In this document: positions 13,107-23,073 of the stretch, piece after piece | How positions within the stretch are numbered: the first letter of the stretch is position 1 | How the letters are laid out: every line of letters starts with the position of its first letter | Assembly (NCBI GenBank): GCA_964035575.1 | Contig: OZ037837.1 | Coordinates: forward strand, 1,116,001 to 1,180,000 | DNA length: 64,000 nt | Direction: 5' to 3' | Source: Rhynchopus sp. YZ270_cl-10 | Lineage: Eukaryota | Notes under the pieces: model-generated | Told to the model about the DNA's origin: nothing | Databases searched by the model: none | Seen by the model: only the letters and a program-made list of their open reading frames with translations | Program-made: the position numbers and the translations under genes

Positions 13107-14944
13107 AGTACAGTACAGTACAGTACAGTACAGTACAGTACAGTACAGTACAGTACAGTACAGTACAGTACAGTACAGTACAGTACAGTACAGTACAGTA
13201 CAGTACAGTACAGTACAGTACAGTACAGTACAGTACAGTACAGTACAGTACAGTACAGTACAGTACAGTACAGTACAGTACAGTACAGTACAGTACAGTA
13301 CAGTACAGTACAGTACAGTACAGTACAGTACAGTACAGTACAGTACAGTACAGTACAGTACAGTACAGTACAGTACAGTACAGTACAGTACAGTACAGTA
13401 CAGTACAGTACAGTACAGTACAGTACAGTACAGTACAGTACAGTACAGTACAGTACAGTACAGTACAGTACAGTACAGTACAGTACAGTACAGTACAGTA
13501 CAGTACAGTACAGTACAGTACAGTACAGTACAGTACAGTACAGTACAGTACAGTACAGTACAGTACAGTACAGTACAGTACAGTACAGTACAGTACAGTA
13601 CAGTACAGTACAGTACAGTACAGTACAGTACAGTACAGTACAGTACAGTACAGTACAGTACAGTACAGTACAGTACAGTACAGTACAGTACAGTACAGTA
13701 CAGTACAGTACAGTACAGTACAGTACAGTACAGTACAGTACAGTACAGTACAGTACAGTACAGTACAGTACAGTACAGTACAGTACAGTACAGTACAGTA
13801 CAGTACAGTACAGTACAGTACAGTACAGTACAGTACAGTACAGTACAGTACAGTACAGTACAGTACAGTACAGTACAGTACAGTACAGTACAGTACAGTA
13901 CAGTACAGTACAGTACAGTACAGTACAGTACAGTACAGTACAGTACAGTACAGTACAGTACAGTACAGTACAGTACAGTACAGTACAGTACAGTACAGTA
14001 CAGTACAGTACAGTACAGTACAGTACAGTACAGTACAGTACAGTACAGTACAGTACAGTACAGTACAGTACAGTACAGTACAGTACAGTACAGTACAGTA
14101 CAGTACAGTACAGTACAGTACAGTACAGTACAGTACAGTACAGTACAGTACAGTACAGTACAGTACAGTACAGTACAGTACAGTACAGTACAGTACAGTA
14201 CAGTACAGTACAGTACAGTACAGTACAGTACAGTACAGTACAGTACAGTACAGTACAGTACAGTACAGTACAGTACAGTACAGTACAGTACAGTACAGTA
14301 CAGTACAGTACAGTACAGTACAGTACAGTACAGTACAGTACAGTACAGTACAGTACAGTACAGTACAGTACAGTACAGTACAGTACAGTACAGTACAGTA
14401 CAGTACAGTACAGTACAGTACAGTACAGTACAGTACAGTACAGTACAGTACAGTACAGTACAGTACAGTACAGTACAGTACAGTACAGTACAGTACAGTA
14501 CAGTACAGTACAGTACAGTACAGTACAGTACAGTACAGTACAGTACAGTACAGTACAGTACAGTACAGTACAGTACAGTACAGTACAGTACAGTACAGTA
14601 CAGTACAGTACAGTACAGTACAGTACAGTACAGTACAGTACAGTACAGTACAGTACAGTACAGTACAGTACAGTACAGTACAGTACAGTACAGTACAGTA
14701 CAGTACAGTACAGTACAGTACAGTACAGTACAGTACAGTACAGTACAGTACAGTACAGTACAGTACAGTACAGTACAGTACAGTACAGTACAGTACAGTA
14801 CAGTACAGTACAGTACAGTACAGTACAGTACAGTACAGTACAGTACAGTACAGTACAGTACAGTACAGTACAGTACAGTACAGTACAGTACAGTACAGTA
14901 CAGTACAGTACAGTACAGTACAGTACAGTACAGTACAGTACAGT
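13107..14944. repeat. (CAGTA)n pentanucleotide array, about 367 units, no visible variants
   Basis: Direct reading. Confidence 0.98.
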
Positions 14945-15017
14945 CTTTATTGTCTTTATTGTCTTTATTGTCTTTATTGTCTTTATTGTCTTTATTGTCT
15001 TTATTGTCTTTATTGTC
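14943..15017. repeat. (GTCTTTATT)n 9-mer array, about 8 units
   Basis: Direct reading. Confidence 0.95.
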
Positions 15018-15329
15018 GTCATTGGGTTGTTTAACGGAATTTGAGGGAGAGATGATACAGTTTTGTTGACTTGAATTGGAGAAGGGGATGTGTCCAATGA
15101 AAATCACGTCGGTAGAAAAGTTCGAGAATGTAGGTTTTATTATGTTTCAAAAAATCGTTGATGATCAACAGAACTTTGTTAGGTGACGGCCCCCCTGGGT
15201 CAGACCAAGGGGTTAACCATGCCTTGACGCACTCACGGGATGAAGTGTGCCGTCTGTATGTCGACATGTGCACCAGTATGTTGTCATTGTGGTGATGCTG
15301 GGGTGGAAGAGGGACGTGCCCAGCCATGG

Positions 15330-15388
15330 GGTGCTTTCGTGCATTTGTCTGGCACCTCGGCTTGCCGTGGTTGCAGCACGAGAGCACC
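15330..15388 (+). repeat. Conserved hairpin module (13-bp outer stem); copies near 15330, 16253, 17099, 18643, 30996, 37050, 40726, 47437, 52029, 53361, 61126
   Basis: GGTGCTTTCGTGC...GCACGAGAGCACC pair with one G-U; all copies in the same orientation. Confidence 0.85.
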
Positions 15389-15504
15389 TTTGGCGTTCTT
15401 GCTGGGGTGGGTGGGGTGGGGTGCGCTGGTGTGGGGTGCCTATCTTGGGTGGTGTTTTTATTCAGTGTGTGGGTTCACTGTCGTGACATGGCACTGTCAA
15501 TTTT

Positions 15505-15780
15505 CTACAATGTGGCTCCACAACACTGGTTCGTGATCTTTCTCACGAGCCCTGCCGAGATGTCGAAGACGGGGGTCTTCTCGAGGAACGCATTCAACGT
15601 TTCCTCATACACATCTCCTCTGAACCTGCTGAAGACATGAACATCAAGTCTTTGTAAGACACTGGTCATGCTCTTCGGGATCCAGGCGACAACGGTGTGG
15701 GCGTGGATGACTCTTAGACAGGCTTGGTCACGTGAGCCCTGTGATGGTCAAGGATCAATATGCGCACTCTCGGTAACCTC
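15505..15780 (-). pseudogene. pogo/Tigger-like (DDE_1) transposase fragment
   Basis: Manual translation RILILDHHRAH / frameshift / WIPKSMTSVLQRLDVHVFSRFR matches the DDE_1 LxxDxHxxH ... PxxxTxxLQPLD motifs. Confidence 0.7.
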
Positions 15781-16515
15781 CAAGGACACCCAGAACGGCA
15801 AAAAACTGCGTGAGCATGAATTCCTCCCCCGCCGGAAGTGTTGAAGGAGGTCTCGACGCGGGAGTGGTAGTGGCTCTTCTCGTCCCTATCGTGTGTCGCT
15901 CCTTTGAATAGAAGAAGAAGGGCATTTTTACGTCCGTCGCTCTTCATACCCTCAGAAAGGGTATGAATGGGTGGTCGCTGGGGTGCAGGGGTGGTGAGAG
16001 AGGGTGCAGCGGGTGTGGGAAACAAAAATACTGTTAACCTACATAGTGCTTACATAATAACAGGTTCAGATCTACAATTTTAAACGAAAATTCTCAAAAA
16101 TAAAAATAAATTTAGCTACTATACGTTGACCCACCCTTTACGTTAGTTGGCGTGGCCCGCCGCCCGGCCAACATCACCAAGGCAGAAGCTGCCTACGAAG
16201 GTATTGTAGTGCTGGGAGGGAGGGAGGGGGGAAGCTGGTGGGCCGGCCGTGGGATGCTTTCGTGTATTTGTCTGGCACCTCAGCTTGTCTGTGGTTGCAG
16301 CACGAGAGCACCTTTGGCGTTCTTCCTTGCGTGGGGTGGGTGGAGACAGCGGAGAGTGTCCTATGGGAGGCACTGCATCTTGCAGCAGGGCTGGGATGGC
16401 GGCACTCAGGTGCGTGATGGGGTTGGATTTTGAAGGTGGGGGTTGGGGGAAATGGACAAACCTGTGCAATGTGGTGAAGGCTGCACAGCCCTGTACGCTA
16501 TGGGCGCCTCCTATC

Positions 16516-16602
16516 GCCGTGATGATATCAACTGGTGTTGGTTGCAGACTTCAAATCTGTAGGCGGGGTGACCCGCAGCGGTTCGATTCCGCCTTCGCGG
16601 TG
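16516..16602 (+). tRNA. tRNA-Sec: tRNA-Sec (anticodon UCA), eukaryotic 9/4 type
   Basis: Acceptor GCCGTGATG/CTTCGCGGT plus G discriminator, anticodon arm TGCAGA-CTTCAAA-TCTGTA, long variable arm GCGGG/CCCGC, T arm GCGG-TTCGATT-CCGC, followed by TTTTT. Confidence 0.93.
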
Positions 16603-17878
16603 TTTTTCTTTTCCCTCAAAAGTGGTCCGTTTTTGTGCCAAGACCCAACACCTTTGCACCCCTCTGGGAGCGATCTGTCAAAAGAAGGCCGAAAAACGGT
16701 GTTTTGAGCAGTTTGAAGCACTTTCCTGTTTTTCCTGCTAAAACCTCACTTTTCCCTTTGCCATATGGCGATAATGGGCGATACTAGGGAACCTGCACTC
16801 ACCATTTGACGTGTTCGGAGCTCCTTGGCGTTCACCTTCATCTAGAAGCACGCCGCATAGCTTCGACTGCATTGCACAGAGGTGCTGGCTCATCTGTGGT
16901 GCAGCGTCTTGGGGTGGTGGGGCTGGTGTTGATGTCGCAGGTTGATGTGGGGTGTGGGCGTTCTCCCTTTTGTGGTGAAAGTCTGTGGGTTGCGTTGGGT
17001 GGGGGCAGGGAGGTGGAGGTGCACAGTGTTGTGGGTGTGGTGCTTCCCTGCATTGTTTGTGGTGAGTGTGGGAGAGGGGAAACTGTGGCCGGCCGTGGGG
17101 TGCTTTCGTGCATGTCTGGCACCTCGGTTGCAGCACGAGAGCACCTTTGGCGTTCTTCCTTGCGTGGGGCGGTGCTGTGCGAGGACGTGGCTGCATGCAT
17201 CGATGTCTGTGGTGCCGCCTGCTTTCCCGTGTGTGTACCTTTCGTGCACAACAGGTGGGTGGGTGGGCACCCCAGGTACGTTATGAGGTGGCGACGAAGT
17301 TGGAGCATGATGGACTATATTTTCCTGTTCTGAAACTGTTCGGGAAAGTGTCCCTCGTTGTGCAAACCCACAGCATGAGTATTGTGGCTGTTATGCCCAG
17401 ATAACACCCAGGTTTTTACCTCCTTTTCCCTTCATAAGGTACAGTGGCAAACCCGCAAACACGCAAACTGCAAACGGGTTTGCGGGATTTCGAAAATACA
17501 AAGCGGGTAATTTTTTTTGGAGTGAGGCATTGTGCACTGATTTGTGTTTCCGATTCCAGGAAGGAGAGAAAGTGAGAGACATGTGTCCACCACCTTACCC
17601 ATGACGGCAGGTGCAGGTGTAAGATTTTATTTTTTCTTCCTTCACAACTTCACACAAAACGGTTTTGGTTTTTTGATGATATGCACGGAACCACCCTGCA
17701 CCTGTTTGTCATCTTGTTTCCCTTGCCATACATGGGGAAACCTTTCGCACTCGAAACTAGGGAGTGAATGGGCAGACAGAAGTGTCGTGTTAATTCTCCT
17801 ACACATTGCAGACAATAGCTACACACAGCACCTCAGGGAATCCTCCCTCCACATCTATGGGTGCATCTTCACTCCTGC

Positions 17879-17974
17879 TATTTCCTCGAAGGGTGCCCAC
17901 GGTTGGAGTTGCATGGAAAAGACAAGTGCAGCAATGCTGTACTTTGCAGGCTACCAAACCACTTACGCAAGTGA
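17879..17974 (+). pseudogene. 3' relic of a B-box/LRR family gene followed by the family 3' UTR block
   Basis: Translates YFLEGCPRLELHGKDKCSNAVLCRLPNHLRK*, matching the C-termini ending at 28772, 49608 and 55743; no intact upstream frame. Confidence 0.8.
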
Positions 17975-19172
17975 GAAGCAAGTAAGCGTTCACTTTGCAG
18001 CAGTTGTTGTTGTGCATCTCCACCCCTCGCACTGTGTGGTCAGCTGCACGACGGCTGCTCTGCACTGTGCTGAGGTGTGCTTCTTTATTATTTTTGGGAG
18101 GTGGTGACAGAGTGAGGTGGGGTTTGTTGGGATGAGTCATACGAAACAATTGGGAGGATTTGAGAGGGTTGGCTGGGTGTTGTGAACAACAGAGCATTTC
18201 TTTGGGGTTTGGGTGAGGGAAGGTGAGGGTGGGGTCCTTCTTAGGATCAGAAGTGTGTCCATTAAAATTGGGTTTTCATTTTTGAGTTTTGGATGTTTGG
18301 AACACTGCTGTGGGTTTCAAGCAGGTGTTTTATATCTCTACGGATTCGTGGAGAGCAATGGGTGGGGGGAGTGCACAACAAGGTGGCAAATGCAGACAAG
18401 ATGGCAATGGTGCACCGCCTTTTTGATTGAGATGAGCATTGTGTCGATAACTGCTTTTGCGCACATTCACTTTATGCAAGCCAAGTTCTTCGCAACCATG
18501 TGGAAGGGTGTGAAGAGGGTGTGCAAGGCTTAAAGACATCGCAAAGCAACAAAGCACTTCGCATGGTCGAGTGGTACATTGTCTGCTTCCCGTCCGTCGT
18601 TGTGGTGATGCTGGGGTGGAACAGGGACGTGCCCAGCCATGGGGTGCTTTCGTGCATTTGTCTGGCACCTCGGCTTGCCGTGGTTGCAGCACGAGAGCAC
18701 CTTTGGCGTTCTTGCTGGGGTGGGTGGGGTGGGGTGCGCTGGTGTGGGGTGCCTATCTTGGGTGGTGTTTTTACTCAGTGTGTGGGTTCACTTTCGCGAC
18801 ATGGCACTGTGCCGTCTGTGCCCTCAGGCAGGTGGCAGCTGGTGGGTGTTCTTCTCCCAGGTCGTCTAAGCAGTCACCTACCATCGTGCGTCTGCGTGAT
18901 GCGTGCAACTATGAGCAGCTTTGTGGGTGGGCCAAAGCATGTGTGTGGTCGGGAGGGGACGTCGTGCTCAGGGCTGGTTGGGGACACTCTTGCTTCTGGT
19001 GGGGATGGGGACACTCGCGTGCTGTGAGTGGTGACGGTGGAAGCGCTCTGCTTGCTTGTGTGCCTGTCTGCCATACTTCGTGACGTATGCGGCATGTATG
19101 TGTACGCTAAACATTGGCTGAGACGGTTTCGTGCGGTGTCGTTGCACGGCTCTGCCTGCCAAGGGTTTCTAA

Positions 19173-19713
19173 AGGGGGTAGACCTATTATTCACCCTTAC
19201 AATTCTCAGAATTCTCAAAAAAAGTTAAAATTTTGGAGATTTTATGGGCTCAAAAACACCTACTATCCTAGCAGTATCCTGCTACTATCCAGGTCGCTGT
19301 ACCGCCCTGTACAGCTATCCTGGATGGATACACGCCCGCCCACCTCTTCCCAGACATAATTACCTAGAAACTCGCCAACGGCGAGGACTACGTCAACAAC
19401 ACCACAGATACATGGTGCAAGGAATGTTTTTTTGGAAACAGGAGACTTGTACGAGCCAAAAGTCGTGTGTGGATATTCGCACCTGAGTTGCAGTTCGCAG
19501 AAGACGGGGCATCCACCCACCCATTTCTTTACTGTGGATATAAATTTTAATTTTTTTTGGTGGAAGCGTGCAATGCAACAAACGGTGGAGATCTGATCAA
19601 GCGAAACGGATATATTTCGGCCTCGTCAAAGTTAAAATTTTAAAATTTTATCGACAAAGCGTAGACCAGTATCCTAGGAGAATAGCTCTACCGGATAGTA
19701 GGTCCACCCCCCT
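19173..19713. mobile_element. MITE with ~20-bp imperfect TIRs and TAA flanks (PIF/Harbinger-like)
   Basis: AGGGGGTAGACCTATTATTC ... GGATAGTAGGTCCACCCCCCT; TAA at 19170-19172 and 19714-19716; empty site TTTCTACGTC in paralogous leaders near 31278, 37527, 61422. Confidence 0.8.
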
Positions 19714-19775
19714 TAACGTCGTTGCCCCAACACCACAACCCCACCACACAACAGAGCAACACAAAAGAAGACAAA

Positions 19776-21628
19776 ATGGAACTGACCATCAAGGACTGCT
19801 CCAACAACTTGTACGTGATCGAGGTGGGTGTGGATGACACAACGGAGACGATGCGGCAGAAGGTGGCGACTGCAGCAGGGTTGGCTGAGGACAGCTTCCA
19901 CATGGGCTTCGGAGGGAAGCAGGAAGGAGAGGACATCACGCAGCTGAGTGCTGGAGACACAGTCGTGCTGACGAAGACGAAGAAGGTGTGGCGTACCGTC
20001 TGCAACGCAGCTCCGAAGGCATGTCTGAGGCGGAGCTCCGTGGTGGCGATAGAGCGAGAGGTACATGGATGGGGGAGTATTCTGCTGAGACGGCGTACCC
20101 CTCCACAGAAGTTAGGGGCAGGAGGGCACTACCATTCATCCAGCGGGCTGAACAGGAGACATCTGCGCATGCTCGCTACCGGCACCATGAGCACGTGCGT
20201 CCAGGGGACGCACCCGTGAAGGCACCTGAAGGAGCGGTTCCGATCTTCCAGTTTGCGATATGTGTGCTGCACCGGAAGACGAAGTGTGATGCCTGCTCGA
20301 AGAACGCCCAGGCAGACCTGATGCATTGCTGCTTTGCGCACCACTCCAACGACGACGGGTTACCGATCCGACACGAAGCATGCACTAAGCATAGACTCTC
20401 GAGGTGCGGGAACTGTGTGCAAGAGAAGAGTACGCTGGATCACTGCTGCCGCCGCCACCACGACACCTCGAAGGGGCGACAGACGACGCTGGGAGGCTTC
20501 TTCAAGAAGAAGCAGACGAAGCAGAAGGATGGGCACAGCAGGGGCGGTGATGGACTTATGTAACATCACCTCCACGATGTATTGTATCACCTATCTCGGA
20601 TAGGGGTGCATGCATCGAAAACGGGCCCCCACCAGCTGACGAAGACGAAGAAGTACGAAGCCCTTGCAGAGCTTCATGCGTTGGGTGAGACCGATATCAC
20701 TGCAGAGAGGCTGGAGACTGTGGAGGATCCTGTGGTGGCGTGTTTGCTTCTGCAGGCAGAGGTTGCGACTGTCATTCCGGATGGCTTCTTGGCAGAGGCA
20801 TCGTTAACAACACTTGATCTGAGTGCTGTTTCGTGTGTGACGGAAATAGGTGACTATTTCCTTGCTGGGTGCACAATGTTGACAAGTATCAACCTCTCTG
20901 GGTTGTGCAATGTGACGCGGATCGGTGAGAACTTTCTTCAAGGCTGCAAGAGCCTCACAGCATTAGACTTGACACCACTCAGCAGGATTGCACACATAGG
21001 TGATCGCTTTCTTTCCCACTGCAGGAGCCTCACAGAACTAAAGTTGTCAGCACTCCGCAGAATTACGCAAATAGGCGACAACTTTCTTGAGGAGTGCAGC
21101 GGCCTCACAGAACTAGACTTGCCACCACTCAGCAATGTTACACAAATTTACGAATACTTTCTTGCCGGCTGCCGGGGCCTGACAGCATTAAACTTGTCAC
21201 CACTATGCAATGTTACACGCATAGGCGGTTGCTTTCTTCTCGGCTGCAGGAGCCTCTCAGAACTAGACTTGACACCACTCACCAATGTTGCGCAAATAGA
21301 CCGAAGATTTCTTGCCTTCTGCACCAGCCTCACAGAACTAGACTTATCACCACTCAGCAGGATTGCACACATAGGCGAATATTTTCTTTCCCGCTGCACC
21401 AGCCTCACAGTGCTTGACTTGTCCCCACTTGGCGCAGTCATGGACATGGGTCCACTACCTGCTCACGAGTACACTTCGTTGAAGAGCATCCACCTCTCCG
21501 GCTGCAGCAGCGCTGTGTCGAGTCGAGTACAGGAAAGCAACCTGAAGGAGCTTGTTGATGCACGTCCGAAACGTAGCAGAGACGAATCTCCCGAGCAGTG
21601 CCGCAAGCGACGGAGAGGCTCAGAATGA
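19776..21628 (+). CDS. UBL-LRR-NLS protein copy A (9 LRR units), interrupted by a 650-bp insertion or intron at 19986-20635
   Basis: First 70 codons match the family UBL; the LRR part resumes after duplicated LTKTKK codons; 394 aa if precisely spliced. Confidence 0.8.
19986..20635 (+). mobile_element. 650-bp insertion with GT...CAG ends and 18-19 bp target-site duplication
   Basis: (G)CTGACGAAGACGAAGAAG at 19967-19985 and 20635-20653; absent from five paralogs. Confidence 0.9.
20021..20563 (+). CDS. Insert-encoded Cys/His-repeat protein with C-terminal PIP-box motif (possibly 5' truncated)
   Basis: Two C-x2-H-x4-C-x2-C-x8/9-HCC-x2-HH units and QTTLGGFF followed by a Lys-rich tail; frame open from the insert's 5' end. 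Confidence 0.6.
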   Translation: MSEAELRGGDRARGTWMGEYSAETAYPSTEVRGRRALPFIQRAEQETSAHARYRHHEHVRPGDAPVKAPEGAVPIFQFAICVLHRKTKCDACSKNAQADLMHCCFAHHSNDDGLPIRHEACTKHRLSRCGNCVQEKSTLDHCCRRHHDTSKGRQTTLGGFFKKKQTKQKDGHSRGGDGLM

Positions 21629-23073
21629 TAGAAGGCCGGTGCGTTTGCAACCGGCAAGAGCACAGTCAGCCGCATCTGCATCGATGCGTCAGAGGCAACC
21701 CGCAGTACCATGGTCCGAAGCTTCTGTGAACTGTTGTTACGTTTTTGCTCTCGTTTGTCGGTCTTCCCACGAGAAGGGGTAATAGGGGAACAGGGGAATA
21801 GGGTCGGGGTGGGTACGACATTGGGGGATTCACGCATTCTTTGTTTCGATTTCATTTCCTGAAGAAGGGTTTTATTTGGGGAGGGGAGGTGGGGTGTTTG
21901 GGTAAGTAATGTGTGAAGAACAGCGAAGCCAAACATTCTTGTAAGAGGAGTGTACGTCTTGTGTTCACATCTAAAAGCAAAACTGTGAGGGAGACATACA
22001 AGTGTATCGTGTGGAAGAGAGGTAGGGAGTGGGGGTGTTCTGTTAAAAAGGGGCCGTTATGTAACACAGCATCTTCAGATTTTGTCTATTTTTTATGATG
22101 CAAAGAGTGAACAACTTATCAAACTTGTTTGAGCAGCTTTGCTGCGTATTGGGTGGTCAGTGATGAAAAGTGTAAACCAAAGAGCGACAAAATTGTTATT
22201 TGGTACGAGTGTGCAATACGTGTGGAAATGAAAGACGCGTTCTTCGGTTGTCATGAGTCTTACCGTCTCCCTCCCAGTGTTGGTAAAATTGAACCCGCCC
22301 CCTACTTTTCCTTTTTATGTTTTTCCCCCACCCCCGAAAACAATAAAGCAATAAAAACAATAAAGACAAAAGGGAGAGGTTGTGGGTGAAACGCACACAC
22401 CTCGACCTGTCGGTGAAGTGTGGCTCTACTCCAACCCGCCCCGGATGAGGACTGTTCAAGAAGTATACTTCACAAATGTTTTCCCCTCCATCCCTCATAT
22501 TTTGACAAGACTCTACCTGCCTGCGGGGTTTCTGGACAGATGTGCTTTGCGAACTGTGTCGTCCTTAAGGCAGGTGTGTAGGTCATCTGCACGACGCCTT
22601 ATGTCAGCGTGGCATGTCAGAGTAATGCAAAATGACAGGTGCGCATGTCATAATGACACGTGGTCCGTGTTGGTACTCATTGTCTGTACAGAACACACTT
22701 TTCCATGGTTTTGTTGTAACCCCCCTAAGGCACTCCTCGGGGGTTAGAAAAAGTGTGCGTTCTGTGCAGAGAATGACACGTACCACATATCATCGTTTTT
22801 GCCATGTCACGATGACACGTAGCGTCGTGTGGATGCATGTGAGGTGAGGGGGTGGGTCTGCACTGTCGCTATGCGTGACCCAAAGAGCAACCAACACAAA
22901 AGATAGAACACATCTGTCCACATACAAGGTGGCTCTGCCAGAACACCGTGCATTGGGTGACTCGCGTGGGTTTAGAAATGGCGTAAGGGTGGTACAGACA
23001 GGAGAGGTTCCCACATGTTTTCCGCCCAACCCCACAACCCCACCACACAACAGAGCAACACAAAAGAAGACAA

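Noticed and set aside
12153..15107. Long ORFs such as (STVQY)n, (CTVLY)n and (IVF)n; possible telomere
   Set aside because: Stop-free microsatellite translations; the motifs are internal and lack the G-rich strand of telomeric repeats
15330..15388. Hairpin as a SECIS element, given nearby tRNA-Sec
   Set aside because: No AUGA/GA quartet or apical AA; no evident in-frame UGA selenoprotein ORF in the window
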